Source: Adineta vaga (lineage: Eukaryota > Animalia > Rotifera). Taken from it: 64,000 bases of DNA. This document shows positions 1-15,800 of the stretch, piece by piece. The notes under the pieces were generated by a model that worked only from the letters and a program-made list of their open reading frames with translations, was not told where the DNA came from and searched no databases. The position numbers were made by a program, and so were the translations under genes. The stretch lies in NCBI GenBank assembly GCA_021613535.1, contig CP075496.1, forward strand, positions 10,354,001 to 10,418,000. The letters are read 5' to 3'. How positions within the stretch are numbered: position 1 is the stretch's first letter; every line of letters starts with the position of its first letter.

Positions 1-442
1 CTCGTACACGTGAACAAGCAGAAAGTCTTGAACGAGTACCACTAATGGCACCAACTCGGTACGATCAATTTTGAATAAAACAACTTATTTTAATTCATAA
101 TCATTTTTCTTTTCTAGTGTTTTCTTTTTGGATATACCACTCGACGTTTCCTTAGAACGTTTAACACAACGAGGATTAGATCCTATCACTGGTGATCGAT
201 TTCATACACATGATCATCCAGCACCAACTCATCATGTTAAAGAACGTTTAGCTCAACATCCAACAGATGATGATGATCGTGTACAGAAACGTTATCAAAG
301 CTATTCTATTTATTATGATGAATTACAAGAATATTATTCACAACAAGGCGCTATTCATATTCCAGCTGATCAAGATTCTTATACAGTATTTGAAGCTGTC
401 GAAGCAGGAATTGTTAATCAAATAAATAAAGATGAAAATTAA
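1..442 (+). CDS. AK8: Adenylate kinase 8-like, 3' end (partial, starts before window)
   Basis: Exon 1-58 (RTREQAESLERVPLMAPTR), intron 59-117, exon 118-442 (VFFLDIPLDVSLERLTQRGLDPITGDRFH...RLAQHPTDDDDRVQKRY). This is an adenylate kinase LID/C-terminal region resembling the second AK domain of ciliary AK8. Confidence 0.75.
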
Positions 443-2909
443 TGAGATTTTTTTCTCGAAAACTATTATATGAATTTTCTTTTAATAACATATTCAATAA
501 AAAATTTTATCTTTCAAAACCTGATCTTAATTTAGTTGTTTGATAATATATTTTGTGTAGAAATTCTACATTTACACGTCTTGTCTTTGCAGTTATGATA
601 TATAACCAATGTTTGTTATTATAGATCTTATTGTTTGATTGATAGATGTTTGACTGGCATTGTAATATTCTATTAGAGTCATAGGATACTTTGTTGAAAG
701 TGTTATAAATAGAATTTGTCGTGTACAGTACATCAGTTCTTAGAATAGGAAAGATCATTGTTGAAATCTGAGAAATAGAATCAATGACGTGATTCAATGA
801 TATTCTATTCATTGAATATATCGCTGTAATTAATCCAAATATCTTTGAACATAATTCTCATCGATCAATTTAATCATTCTTATACGAACACATTAGTAAT
901 CAACATGAACGTCTTTATAAATACATTGTTATTCATTTTAACACTATTCTTCTATACTGACAGAAGTGATATATCTACGGTGCTATACATATGTATATCG
1001 ATTAATCATGATAACTAATTCTCGTCAGTTGACTCTATCTGATAATAATTGTAACAGAGGTGAAAAAACGTCATATATACACATTGAATCCTCCTACTAA
1101 TATTCTCGGAAAAGAAACTTATTTTTCTGGAATATGCTAACCTTTCAAAAGCTCTTTATTTCATTATAAATAGATCACTGTATATGGAACCAATGTATAC
1201 TAATACATCTGTTTGCAAAGTACTCGTGCGAGTATTATTCACATTGACATATAAACAAAAAATATCATCTATAAGGCTAGAGTTAAATCTAGTTTTCTCC
1301 TTTGTTTTCAATAGATTTTCAATGAAAGAAAAACTTATCGATCGACTTTTCTTTTCGTCTGTTCATATTTCGATGAAAAATCATTTTGGAAATAACAATG
1401 CTAATTAATCTTTTTTTTATATGATTACAAAAATAACACCTAGTCAATACTTTATTCATTATTCATTTAAGAAATTAATGTTCTTTAGTATTTTTTTGTT
1501 TCTGCATCTTAATGAAAAATATTTCCGTCAATGTTGTTAGAAAGATGTCGTATTATTTTGTTTTGTCAATAGAAAATTAGTTTATCAATATTGATAATGA
1601 TTATGTCTGTCAACAGATGTTAAATGACAAAGTTCCGAACGAATATTCTATTATATAATCTTTCTCATTTAGCTTTACTTGTCATTTAATCACTATTCTT
1701 TGACAGTATATTTACGTTTATTCTCTCAATGTTTTCTTTTTCGACATTGTTCTGGAATAATTATGATTAAAAATAGGAAAGAAAAATTGATTGACTTTAG
1801 AAAAAGAACAAATTAAAGAGTATTGTTCTGACGGCAAATGTGTTATTAGTCTTTTTTTCTTCAACTATCCTTATATAAATGTCTTATCAATTCATGAGAA
1901 TTTCATCATTTATTGATGAGAAATAAAATATTTTTATGTAACAAATTAGTCTCTCATACATATTCATAGATATTCAATCAATAAAAACTCTTCTTCAAAT
2001 CGATTAATCACAGGTGATTTATTTTTTTGTTTTGTTTTACAATTCTTTCATTCCAAGATTTAACAATACTTTAATAGATACAGATCACAGTGTTGTTACA
2101 ACACGTCTCTATATACCCACAGGGCGAAGAAACAACGTTGCACTCATTTCCGATTTTTCCTTTTCATCGTTCCTTAATGGCACTATATTTACCAGAAAAA
2201 GAACAAGTTATACATAATATATTACTAGTAATGCCATCTAGCAGCTGTGACAAAAAAAAACTCAATCGAGCAGTAAATCAATCAAGAGTTATAGTGAGGA
2301 AGAACTTGATTAGATACCCTTCTCGATCGAGTCATGCATATAAGGAGAAATTCATTGATTTTCTTGTAGTTATTTATCTCGTTCTCTGATCGACTTAAAA
2401 TCTTTACACTCTACTACTAATAAGACGGAAATCTCCTAGATTAGATTACAACAACTCGTGCACATCATGACATCGACGATTATTGCACAGCAGTCGTAGG
2501 ATCAGTATACAAACACGCGCTGAGACATATACATCATCATCGTTTTCTCCCTATTATTTTCTACTATTTGCTATGTAATAAACATGCTCTCTCTCTTTCG
2601 TCGATGCTAAAACCGGACAAAAACAGACTGACGACGTCAACATGAATAGAGAAAGCATTCGGGCGACATGCATCTTTCTTCTTCTTCTGCGTTTCCTGTT
2701 TCTATTGCTCTCTTTTTTAGAGATATCTCTCTTTCTCTTGTAACTGTCGGCGTTTTGCCTATCTCTCTCTCTCTCTCTCTCTCCCTTCTTGTTTCCATCT
2801 GGTGTGCGTTACCAACAAGTAGAAAGTTGACAGTGAGGGAGAAAGCAACATATAAACTACACCAATTTCAGTGCATCAAAGATCACTCTGACTAGTAGAA
2901 AGAACAACG

Positions 2910-5036
2910 ATGGGTTCTGATTCATCGAAATCAAAAAAACGTGCTACACAATTAACTGAAGATGAAATACAACTATTACTCAAAAACACACATTTTAATC
3001 GTCAACAAATCAAAGAATGGCACCAAGGTTTTCTCGTAAGTACAAAGATCTGCATAATACAAAAGTAAAAAATTTCTTTTTTTTATAAGATGTATCTAAT
3101 CAAACAACCTATTCATGTTGATTCCTTTCTTTTGCACACAAATTGAGAAAAGCAGAGGAAACCGTCTTTTTTTTCTATTGTAATTTGTTTCCATTTTCCC
3201 AAATGGAATAAATGTAAAAATACATCGAAGATAAAAGCTATTTGTCCATTAATATTAGTAAATATTTCTAATCATCTGTACGTGTAGGTTTACAAAGATA
3301 GAACTAATTACGGCAGAATGATTTCGCTATAAACTTTTAATTATACCATTAGAATTAACTGAGTGCATATTATAATTATAGGATTCATGTTTTTAACGTC
3401 TAGTAGTTAATATGATCGAAATTAATGAACTTTATTACTTTTCATTGACGTAACTGATTTGTTCTTTTTCCGATACTTTTTATCTCATAAAACATTAGCC
3501 AAAAGAATGTATGAAAAATTATCTATCTGATACTACTAACTAGAGCTACTGAAATAACTTAACGAAAGCAATTCTTTTCTCTACAGTTATTCATCTATTA
3601 TTAGTCCAAATAAGAACGTAGGAATTCTCATAATATTCTAATTATTATTTTATTTATGGAAGGAAAACTGATATTGATCTACTTCTTTGATCATCATGAT
3701 TAACGATGTTCGTCTAGGCAACAAAAAAAAGGAGTCAAACCATGATCTTCTGATATCTTTTCTCGTCAAAATCTAATTGATCGAAAAAAACAACAATAAC
3801 TGATCTGTTGTTTGCTTCTTCGCACATCTGTTAGATTGATAAGGCAGCATAATCGTCCAGAGATATATGTAACAATATGCCATTCTAAACAGGATTCTCA
3901 TCTGGTAACTGAATTCTAGTCGAATCGTTGTTATTTTCAAAGAAGGTCAAATGACGAAGTAATTTTTGTTTAAAATATGTTTACTGCGCCAAGAAAAAAA
4001 AGGAAGGAGAAGCCCGAATGAAATGATATAAAAGCCTTTTTCGCCTAACTAAACTAGTTGATGAACATATCCGATGATGCAATTGCCTTTCACATATCTT
4101 CACATAGATTTCCTAATTGAAGTGACATGTTTGATGCTTCTCTATTCTAGTAGAAAAGAATCCATTATCACTGTTAAGAATTGTTTGTTAAAAAATCTGT
4201 CGAAAATCACTTTGAGTTATCTATGTTAATTTTATCATAGAAGTTTGGACAAGCGCGTTAATTATCATATAAGAACCATCCAGGATATGATTGATTCCAT
4301 ATGGAGAATCTTTCTAATCATAATATTTATTAATACAAGTTTAAAAAACATCTATTAAACATATGAATAATCATGTATACTGTCTATTCGTTTTTCGTAG
4401 AAAGATTGTTCAAAAGGTAAATTAGACAAGAAGAAATTTATCGAAGTTTACAAACAATTTTATCCATCTGGAAAAGCAGACAAATTTTGTACGCATGTAT
4501 TCAAAACATTCGATACAGATAATTCAGGAGAAATCGGTATGTAGATTGACAAGAAGATTTGAACAAACAAATCTCTCACATTTTTTTCTTTTAGATTTTG
4601 TCGAATTTCTCATTGCCATATCTGTAACATCGCATGGTGATATTCGAGAAAAACTTAATATGGCATTCAATATGTATGGTAAGAATAACAAAATTAAAAT
4701 CCATTTTGAATCTCGTTTCTAATTATAATTTTTTATTAAGATATCGATAAAAATGGAAGCGTTGATTCAAAAGAAATGGAACAGATTGTTACTGTATGTA
4801 TAACATACAATCATTGTGCATAAATAGATCGATAAGAAAATTGATTTTTATTTAAGGCTATTTATGATTTACTTGGTGAAGAAAATCGAAAAGGTGAAAA
4901 TTCTCCTGCGAAACGTGTAGAAAAAATCATGCGAAAACTTGATTTAAACGGTGATCGATCATTAACCAAAGATGAATTTATTAATGGATGTTTACAAGAC
5001 GATTTTTTAAAAAATCTTTTAGCACCTAACGCTTAA
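2910..5036 (+). CDS. Neuronal calcium sensor (recoverin/neurocalcin/NCS-2-like EF-hand protein)
   Basis: Exons 2910-3035, 4401-4536, 4595-4678, 4741-4793, 4857-5036 splice in frame. N-myristoylation start MGSDSS, 'EWHQGFLKDC', and EF-hand loops [36 protein letters not shown]. Confidence 0.93.
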
Positions 5037-5496
5037 AAGAAATACGAATAAATTGTAGAAGAATCGTGTTTTTTGTTTTTGCTTCCTATCTTGCTATTTG
5101 TCGTTTGTCTTGTTATTCATGTTTCATAAACAAGAATATGATATTGATACTTTAATATAAATAGTCAATCGAGTTGATAACACAAGATACCTGTATATAT
5201 TTTGATTAATTACATGATTATGACACACAACATGTATCTAATGATTATAAATGTAAATATTGATAAAAGAGAAACTGTCTCTCTCTCAAACTTGATTTGT
5301 CTTTCGAATAGAATTATAAAAATGATGAAGTCTTTCAAAAAAATGCATTAATAGTTTTCACCGGTTAATATTCTTATTATAGAAAAAAAGCAAAAGAAAA
5401 TTTTTATTTCAAATCAATGATTAAATAAAATGAAAAGAATCCAATGTTTATTAATTAATTAATTAATTAATTCTTTTCTTTTAATTCGAGATATTT

Positions 5497-8400
5497 TTAA
5501 GCATATGTCAATGGTTTAATACTCATCAGAAATTGATTAACTGTTTCGACAAATAATGGATTTGCATCCATTACACGGACGAATGCAGCTGGAGAGAATT
5601 TTTCGCGTACCAGATGGAATAATTCTGCATGATACTAAAAACACAAAATTATTAAAGCAAATCAAAATTAAATACTCACATCGGTAAAGGTTGTAGCAAC
5701 AACAAATTCTTGAGAACTTTCGGAAACATCAGTAAAACCAACTAATTCGTTATTAAAGACGATACATCTCATATCTTCCTAGAAAATTAGAAAACAAACT
5801 TTAAACCAAATAATTATTATTTGAAATAAATACATCAACAGTAGATTTATCACTTAAATGTTCTTTACAACCAACCACAATTCTCATCTCATCATTTACA
5901 AACGCATTCCAATGACTGTAAGAAAATGCCGTACAAGAAGAACCTATAGCCATTTGATTATATGCCCACCATTCTAATTTATGATTCTATAAATACATAT
6001 ATATATTCATTTTTTATTTCAAACTGTTGGTTGCATATGTAACAAATACTTACTTTATTAATAACGGTCACATATGAATCGGAATCTGGTTCAGGAAAAA
6101 CATTCAAACCAAGTGATCGTAATTTCTAGTGTGAGAAATAAGATGATATTCAATTACATTACAAATTATGATCTTTTCTCTTACTTCGATTAATTCTTTT
6201 AATGGCATAAATTTATTAGCAATCGGTTCGATAATAGCAGCAAATGCTGGATATGTTTTATAAATATGATCACCTTCTTCAACTGGTGGTGGAGCAGTTG
6301 GTTTAGTAGATTTTGGAGCAAATATTGATGCAGGTTTTTCTTCAATAACTTCGACTTTTCGAGGCGGAAGAAAGACAGCTACTTTATTGAACTAAATCAA
6401 AACAAAAATACAGTCATAGTTTGTTGAGTGAAATATTCGTATCATCGTTTCTCTTGAAGATATTTGATAGAACATATTTTTTTAAAATATAATTAATCGA
6501 TCAAGTAAGAAATATTGCGTGATAAGAGTAATCTTCATTCATCTTTATAACATCTTGAAAAAAGATACTAACATATTCAATTGCCTTGAGGCTCTATTTG
6601 ACTAGAGTGAAATTTTATGCTTTTCGTATTTTTGTATCAAGATAATTGTGAATCAGTAAACAGACACAGTTCATTTCCGATCATCTATGTTGATTTTTAA
6701 CAGCATCTTTGGAGATTTCTCATCATATATATGCGAGAAAATAACGAAATATAATAATCTCAAGACATCGATCAATTTCAACATGGAAAGTAAACAAGAA
6801 ATATACAAAATTTGTATTTAGTTGTTCTACTTCTTCCTTCTTTTCTCTCTCTTCTCTCCTACCAATGATCATATTGGTGATAATGGCGTCAAACACGCGT
6901 TAATCCTATTAGTGATGACGGCGATATTGATGATGCGCTATCGTTCATTGTCATCACAACGTCCGGAGGCATCGCTCTTTGTTACGTCGTTTTTCTTTTT
7001 TTATTTGGACAGCCTTTCCAATGATGATGATGATGATGATACCCGATAGATTCTCTTTTACAGATGATGGTGACATATTCATTCGAAGAGAGACAAGAAA
7101 ATGTTGCGTGACGGTGTTGAATGGCATTGTTTGATCGAAGTTTGCATCTGTAAACTGTCGTGTTAGGGAACAATATAGACAGATAATCAATAGATAGAGG
7201 TGTCAAATCTTGTCAGATAGTATTTCATCAGAATATACAGTAGCATTAAAGAAAGACAAGGTGATATCCAGTTTCTTTTCTATGTTGTCTTGCTATCTAT
7301 GTATCAGCAGATTGTAATTCTACTGCTGGTATAAACATTCATACATAGTTCGTCTGTATGTTTGCTACATAGAAAGAGATTAAGCCTGAGGCTCGTTGAT
7401 CGACTATGTGTGTCTTCCGCCACCATCTTCGTTATTAGTCCGTAGGATGCGAATGATGGGACGTACATTAAAAAAATAGGATTAACAAATAAATACATTA
7501 CCGCATCGAACTTTTTCCTTCTTTTCTTATCCATAGCAAAAACTAAGTTGAGAAATAACTTTATAATATAGGTCGATCTAACTAGAAAAGGAATAGATCA
7601 AACCGATGTTTCGCTAACTTGTTATAAATTGACTGAAGACAAAATTGATTCCCTCTTCATTTCGAGGTCTCTTGAATAGATTTTCATCTTCTCAAGATTA
7701 ATCATCTTTAGATTTTTTTAATTCTTCTATTATTCGTTCGGAAATATTTGTTTTTCCTTCTCTCTATTGTCAATGAATAGTATTAAACACCATCGTACAA
7801 AAAAAGAAAAAGAAAAGAAACTCTTTCCTCTTCTTATGCGTAACAAGACAGGAGTCGTAGCTTCTATCTCTGTTCTTTTCATTGACAACATGTCTTAACT
7901 TAGGAACAACAGTGGTAAGTAAGCAGAACGATGTCGATGCATGGTTCCACATAGAAGAGGATAAAGATGAAGCCGATTTTTCTTCTTCTTCTTCCCATCG
8001 TTTATAAGATCGAAGACAAATATAAGAAAGAAAATCTTCATTAAAACTAAGTTTTTTCTTTTAAATATTGAAGAGTTTGATTTGAATGATTTTCTCCTCT
8101 ATTAAATATGCTTATTTCCTCAGTTTTATTCTCTGTGCATGAGAAAATCACTTGTCAACGGGTAACTATCATTGCAATTCCTATCTTTTGTCCTTCATTC
8201 TTTATTCACTCATTCTTTCTAGTGGATTTTTTTTTCTTCATCGTATAATAGATTTTTTCGTCACTTGTCCCTCTATGCATGTTCCCATCAAATTGACGTA
8301 TAAGCAGCTGACGTCTACATTCGATCAACTCCGAATAGAAAAATCGTAAATTTATGACTAGTTATAATGACATCAAACATTTTATTCATAGCAAGATTTT

Positions 8401-8938
8401 TTCAAGTAATGAAATAAAAATCGACGGGTAAATCACTTTTCCATTATGGAAATACTCTTTGTACATGAATTAAATATTTTCTCGCTCTTTTCCTCTTCAT
8501 CCTTCGAATCTAAATAGATTTTTCAGTATAAAAGTTTTAATAATATATTTCAAGTGCCGCTTATAGCTAAGAAAAAAAGAATCTACTGTATGCAAAACTG
8601 CATGTATCTGTAGATCCTGCTGTGTCATGTTATTTTTTTACCACTCATGCTTGTTATTCTCTTACTATTTACACTTTAGACACTCATTTTTTTTTCTAGA
8701 GTTCTCTTCACCAGAGGTCGATCGCATCTCATTTCCAAGATAGAGATAGACATACATAGAATTTCTATTTTTCTATTAACCATTTTGATAGGATTTACCA
8801 CTATTGTTGGCATATCGAGCGCATAGAGGAAATGACATCACCGGGAAGTATTATTGTTGCACACACGCGCACATTCAGGCAAGTCTATTCATTCGTTGGC
8901 ACGAGTAGGAAACAGACAGATTTTTGAGCCGCCCAAGA

Positions 8939-8970
<32 letters not shown>

Positions 8971-9865
8971 AAGTTTTGTGTTTACTCAGAATGCGCAAGT
9001 CCTCACGGGGAAAAGAAACGAAGAAGACGAGAAGGAGAGAAACGAAGCATTAGTAACAGCAAAAGCAACAGTTCCATTGTCGTTGATGAGAAAAATAGCG
9101 AGAATAACAACATACACACACATACATACACACATCCTATATATCGACAAGAGATAGGAAAAAGATTTAGAAAGAACAAACAAAAAGAATCTTTCTCTTC
9201 TCTCTTTATTCAGCCATTTATTCTTGTCAAGAGATCAGGATATTATTAAATCTTCTGAATAAATATCAATTTTCTAGATAGAGATACATAGACATTAAAG
9301 AGAAAAATAAACCTTTCGAAAATGATCTAGAAATCCAATTACGTTAACTTAATGGATGTACTTGAATTACCTCGACCTGTCATCAATTTTCTTCGAACAA
9401 TGGCCAAAGAAAGCTGTCGTTATGCTCTGTCTTGGGATATTTTTGGTGGACCAGATTCTGTTACATTAACATTGACATGGAAATTGATCGACGAAGAGTC
9501 CCAATCATCAATTATCAATGAAGCATCATCATCCTTGAAACAGTACCAACAACAACAGCAAAATTATGATGATACTCATAGTCGTGTACGTTCGACAACT
9601 AAAACTAATACGTCATCATCTTCACCACGTCGTTCACGTCGTGATAATCATACTTCTTCAAATGAAAATGCTTCCGTACCAGCTATATTTCGTTCGTCTC
9701 GAGGCAAAAGTCTTGAAGATCCATCTATACATTCAAGTAAGCAAATGACATCTCATCATCAACATCAATTACAACAACTACAACATACAACAAAAGAACA
9801 TTCACATGTATCTAGTGTAGAACGAACTACAATACCTAATCATTATCATCGTCGAACAAAGAAAG

Positions 9866-9897
<32 letters not shown>

Positions 9898-12800
9898 AAA
9901 CAAATCCCAACTCAGTCAGATCAATCCTATGGCAAACTTTATGACGCACGTTCAGCACCCGTTGTTAAATGTGCTACAGTTTCCTCGCTTTCGAGTTCTT
10001 CGCCATCTCCTCAACCAAATAATAATACTAACACGAGTCCATCTTTACCTGCTACCTATTCTCATTATCAACGAGCTAAACCACAACAACCACAAACAAT
10101 CAGTTCTCCAACTTCACGAAAAGCGATACGTCCATTGACTAATATATCTCGTACACCAACATTACCGTTAACTAGTCCTACAACTACAAATTATATGAAA
10201 TTAAAACGAACTGATAATATTGCTACTCATTATGATTTTGATGATGATGATGATGATGATGTACTTGATCCATGGGTGAAACGTTTTGAATGTTCACTTG
10301 AAGATCATGATGATGAATCAACTGAACAATCAGAAGAAAAAGAAGCATTGCCTTCGAACACACCTCTACCCGGTGTAGATGATTCCGCAAATACATCTGG
10401 CAAAGTGAAATTCAAGACTAAACCTGATTACTTCTAGTATATATATCTCTCACTCTCTTTCTTTCTTTATTTTTATGTTTTTTTCTGATTGTTCTCAGGA
10501 GAAAGAAAAAGCTGAATATTCTATTTAAATATGCGATTGAATCTTTATATAAAAACAAACTAATTAAATAAATTCATCATTTCTTTTTTTTTATAGGATT
10601 CTCATATTTTAATTTCTTATTGTTTTGATATGAAAAGTAAACAAGTTTGTCTGTAAAGACATTTAATTGACACCATATTTTCTTCGTTAGTATGATGATC
10701 ATTTGTCAATATGTCATTCGCCGTGCCAAAAAAAAGTTCATTGCTGTCATTTTAGATTATGCTACAATACATTCGTTTGTTGCGTAAACTGTTGATTTTC
10801 ACTATTCTTCTTCTTTTCTTTCCTTGTATATATATATTATAGTATGTCGTTTGCATATCATACTGTTTCCGCTAGCATTTTAACTCAACCAACAAGCCAA
10901 TTAATACGCAACCATAGATTGACTTTTTTCTTCGTCTTTTCCTTCCCTTTGTTTTTCTAGACATTGAAGGAGAAAAGAGCGAAGACAAACATCTGTAGAA
11001 TCTTGAAACTACACAATTGAGAACATTAGATGATGATCGACACCAGATGGTGTCAATAGAAATTAGTCAAATGAACAATCGAACTCGGGAAGGAAAAATT
11101 TCTTTTCTCAATATATTTCTGTCAAAAAAATTCTTCTTCATTTCTTTTCGCTTCGATTATGAATATTAATGAAGTTAAAATATATCTAATTGTTCTATTT
11201 ATAGATTAACGTAGTGAACTTAAACAAGCAATAATTAATATAAAGATCTAATTTGATACAAAATCCTGATTATTTGCACGATCTTTTCTTTTGTATCTAT
11301 GTATATAATTAAAGTATCTGTTTGAAAAGGAAAACGTTCGAAGAAATTACTGAGATATTACCCATGGGTGATCAATGAAATCGATCATTGTATTTTCTTT
11401 TTTCTAACATCTCGGAAAGTTTTTTTCAAGTCATTGATCATTATCGAAAGTTTGCCGTTTGATATAATCCCTGAAGAGTTATCTTGTACAACACCGAATG
11501 CGATATATCTTTCTTAACCAATTATTACTTATAATTTTTCAGTGACAAACTCATGGGAAACGATCTAGTCCTTGTTGAGTATGATATTATAACTCATTGT
11601 AGGTTTTAAAACTCTACGGATTAATATAATAGTTTTACGACAAATGCGAAGCACAACAACAACACGATATGTCTATCTAAACGAATGTGTTCGTTTACGT
11701 CAATCAGATGATGTCAAATGGCATTCAAAAATAGCAAACAAGAGAAATAAAACAAATAGGAAGATAAAAATAGCTTTCAATATTAGTTTTGTTATTGTTA
11801 ACCTGGATTTATTCAACAGTGGCAAATTTCCTTTACTCAGTACTTTTCACTAATAAGCCATTTTATGCATACGATGAATAATTTACAAGAGAGAAAAAAT
11901 TCGTTCAATTTTTATCTGAATAAGAAAATTAACATAAAATCTTATCATTAAACATAGACATTTATCTTCTTTTAAGCACAAAATTTCAAATTTCTCTTAT
12001 TAACAATGAACTATATCAATAAACTCCACCATTATAAATATACTGTATTACTTGTCATTGATAAGCGAATGAGGAATAATCCCATAAGCTACTTGATAAA
12101 ATAATACACTCAACAGACATTGAGCAGCAATCTTAACCACATGTATTAAATTTAAGCTTTTTGATTTACTCTAGCGTAGCAGCTATCAATATAGCCGGAA
12201 TCGTTTTTTGTTTCATCACTAGTCAAATAGAATCTCTTCTTCTTCCATTTTAACTTTTTGCCGAAAGGAAATATTCTCTCGTACACTTCACTAGATATCA
12301 ACATTTCTCTCTTCATTTGCATACAAAGTAAAATCATTTCTATCAACAAGTTTCTAATCAGATAGTAATAAAGCAAACTTTTTGATTTTTTAATTCTTAA
12401 CATGTTAGACATGTCTATCAACACCATGTATCTCGTTTGATCGTCAAAAAATCTCTTGCATAACTATCTACATCATTTACTTTTTAATTGCAAATTCTCA
12501 TCATATGAACAAGAGAGAAAAAAAGTCATCGATCACATCACTCACGGTTTTATACTATTTTATATTCCATCATCAACTTTACTAACTTTCCTATCGATCA
12601 TTAATTTTCATTTTCCTTTTCTCTCCTATCATATAAAGATCAGCAGAGATTGATAAGCACAAAAAAAATTAATTACTCTTTTGTCATCTTACTGATATTT
12701 CATATGATAGGGGAGAAACATTTATTTGCATTAACGACTGGTTAGACATAAGAAATTCTTGATACAGTACAAAAAAAAGAACGACAAGAGCGTATGAGAG

Positions 12801-15800
12801 AATGAATATTTTTTTTATTTTTCTTTGATCAATTTTCTCATCAATTCTATATGTAATGAGAAACTTTATGAACAGTTTACGAGACAAAGACAAACATTAT
12901 CGTCATTATCATTGATAACAACAACAACAAAAAACATCAATAGTCAAGTAAAAGCAATTAATGAACAGAAATTACATCATTGTTATCATTTATTCTCCCA
13001 TCCGCAATCTTTTCTTTTATACTAGAATTCAATCGATCGAATAATACGAAAGAAAAAGAAATACATCTATTAGAACATAACTTATCGACGACATACACCT
13101 GTTCTAGACAATGATATACATATACATATATATATGTATTGATAACGATCGATATTTCTTTGCCGGAAGCAGTTTAAAGTAAGTAAGTATATGAATGATA
13201 TACATCTTAGCATCAATAATAACTCTGAATACTTTTGTTTATCGATTTTGATGAAATAAAAAAGAATTGCCTTTGACAACTTTATGATAAAGAAAAAAAG
13301 AATAACACTCTGATTTAATCTTCTACAGTTTATTATTATTATTATTACTATAAGCTCAATAAGTACAGTTTCCTTCCGGCCATCTGTTAAGCATGTATAG
13401 ATACATAATGATAAAGTATCAAAAGACGGTCACTACCAATACATATATCATTGCACTTGTATATTCAATAGATGATCAGATATCTTTCTTTATCCGATGT
13501 TCAGTACAATAGATATTCTTTTATGATCTATAGACGTTACATAAAAAGTTACTATTTTCTTCTTCGCCTTTGAATCGCTTACACTTGTAAAATCAGTCAG
13601 TAGCTTATTTATATGCATGTATCACGACACTTACTCAAGCGTCATCACTTGTCTGTCTCATGTCTCACTATTAGTATTCGTTGCGTTCTGTCTCTCTCCC
13701 CCTCCCCCTCCTCCCCCTCCTCTCTCTCTCTCTCTCTCCTGTTCACTCATTCTCATTTTACTTTTTTTTTATTTAAATGTCATTGATTTCTTCACTTTTT
13801 TTTCTTTCAATCTCTCTTTCTCTTTAGTGTTAGTAGGTTTACTGCTATGTGACCATTATTGTCGACAGACCAACTACGCCTCCTCATTCTTCTCCTTGTT
13901 CTTCTTCATTCGTTCTCAAATAATAATCACACACATCTCATATTAATACGATTATCCATGATAGATGGCTTGTCCAATAATCTTTGTAAATATATCTATA
14001 CCTTTCAATGACTATCACTCTGTTACTTATGATAACTTTGACACATTGACTATGATCTGAATTCTTTTCTTTTAGATTTCGTTGTTTTTTTTTATCTTAT
14101 TTTATTATTCTGTTATTGTTATTTGAATTATCATTTAATTTAAAGTGAAACTAAAGAAACGAATTAATGAAAATGAATAATTGAACAGTGATCTTTGAGT
14201 TTTTTTCCTTTGACCTACACTTATCTTCTTTTTATAAACAACTACTAAACGAAAAGAAGAAGGAGAAGAAGATATGGAATATCGCAAAGCAATGATTTCT
14301 CCTCTAACGATGACTGAATCAACTAGCAATAATCATTCACATTATCAGCATCAGCATCGAAGGAAGAAAAGAACAGCTAAACGACAACAGTTACTACCGC
14401 CATCATCATTACCATATACTGATCAACACGTTCCATCAGTATCAAATACTGAATCGAACTCTAATCACGTCAAGATACATTTATGTGAACAACAAAAAGA
14501 AAACTCTCCGATGAAACGTCCGTTAGCTTGGACTAAAAAATGGACGAAATGGTTTTCACCATGTGGTTCACAACGAGTGCCCCGTAGTGATATAAATACA
14601 ACAACATCATCACTATCACCACCACTACCACCATCATCATCACAAACAGCAACAGTATCAGTTGGTGTAAGTAATCGTTCTATTCTCGTGTTTCTTTTTT
14701 GGTTTAATATCTACACCTGTTATGAGATTGATAGTTATAAGACATCGATGTCGTTCACTCATCCGTTGATTAATGATCGTAAAAAACGTGAGATGTTTTT
14801 TCGTCTCTCTACATTGTTCTCATATATACAATCTATTGTCTGAAGGACGTGATTGAGTATCAGTAAAACAATAACAACATCTCTAAGTCATCGGTGGTAT
14901 GCGTATGCGTGTAAGACAATCTGGCAATGTCTGTTTAATAGAAAGAAAAGATAAAATTCCATTTTTAATGTTCAACTCGTAATTGAATGACATAGAAATT
15001 AATTGTTAGGAATGAAGTGTATTCGATTGTCTTCGTATATGTATATAGTGATTGGCCTTTTAACACCATTTACATTGATGTGATGTGATGACAAGGAAGG
15101 ATAAGAGACAAAAAAAGAATGAAAGAAAGACTAACCGACAAAATATCTGTTCAAAGAAAGTAAATGCGTCGAAAAGACAAACGTTAAATGATCATTGATG
15201 TGAATCATATTCATTTCTACGTTGATGAATATGATAAAAATTTAATCTATTGTTCTCAATATCAGATGATTCTTTATATGAAAATAATATAAAAGGTAGA
15301 TCAAAGATTAATGCGAGACATTCGAATAGAATTTTCGTCTCATTTTCTTGTATTCAGAAGTGATCTAACTGTCTTTGATTTTGAACTGATTGAATCTTTC
15401 TCTTTTTTCTTATAGTATATTTAATGAAGTTTATTCGAATGGAGACTTAGTTCTGTGGCTTCATTCGTAGTAAGTGGAGAGTTAAAAGGAATATTCGAAT
15501 ATTTGTATTCGACTGAGTATATTAAGATAATAATCAAAGTTGTTCTAAACTGATATATTCACAAGCATTTATTTTTTCAAGACATTGTTTGACTATAAGT
15601 ACGAGTATCATTAAGAAGAATAACATCTATTATTTGACCTGTGAATGAGTGATAGGTACTAAGATTCTTTCGAAAGAAATGTATAAGTAAACATTTAATG
15701 AGCAAAACAATGCATCAACAGACTTTGTTTTCTTTTAGTAAAGTTAGTATTCATTCTCACTGAAATCTATACATAACATTGATTACATCTTTAACAGATA

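Noticed and set aside
507-812. 101-aa minus-strand ORF convergent with AK8
   Set aside because: No recognisable motif or convincing upstream exon. It cannot be supported without expression data, though it is not excluded.
8854-9249. 131-aa ORF upstream of the nested 361-aa gene
   Set aside because: Non-ATG start and built from GA/CA microsatellites; more likely promoter/5'UTR.
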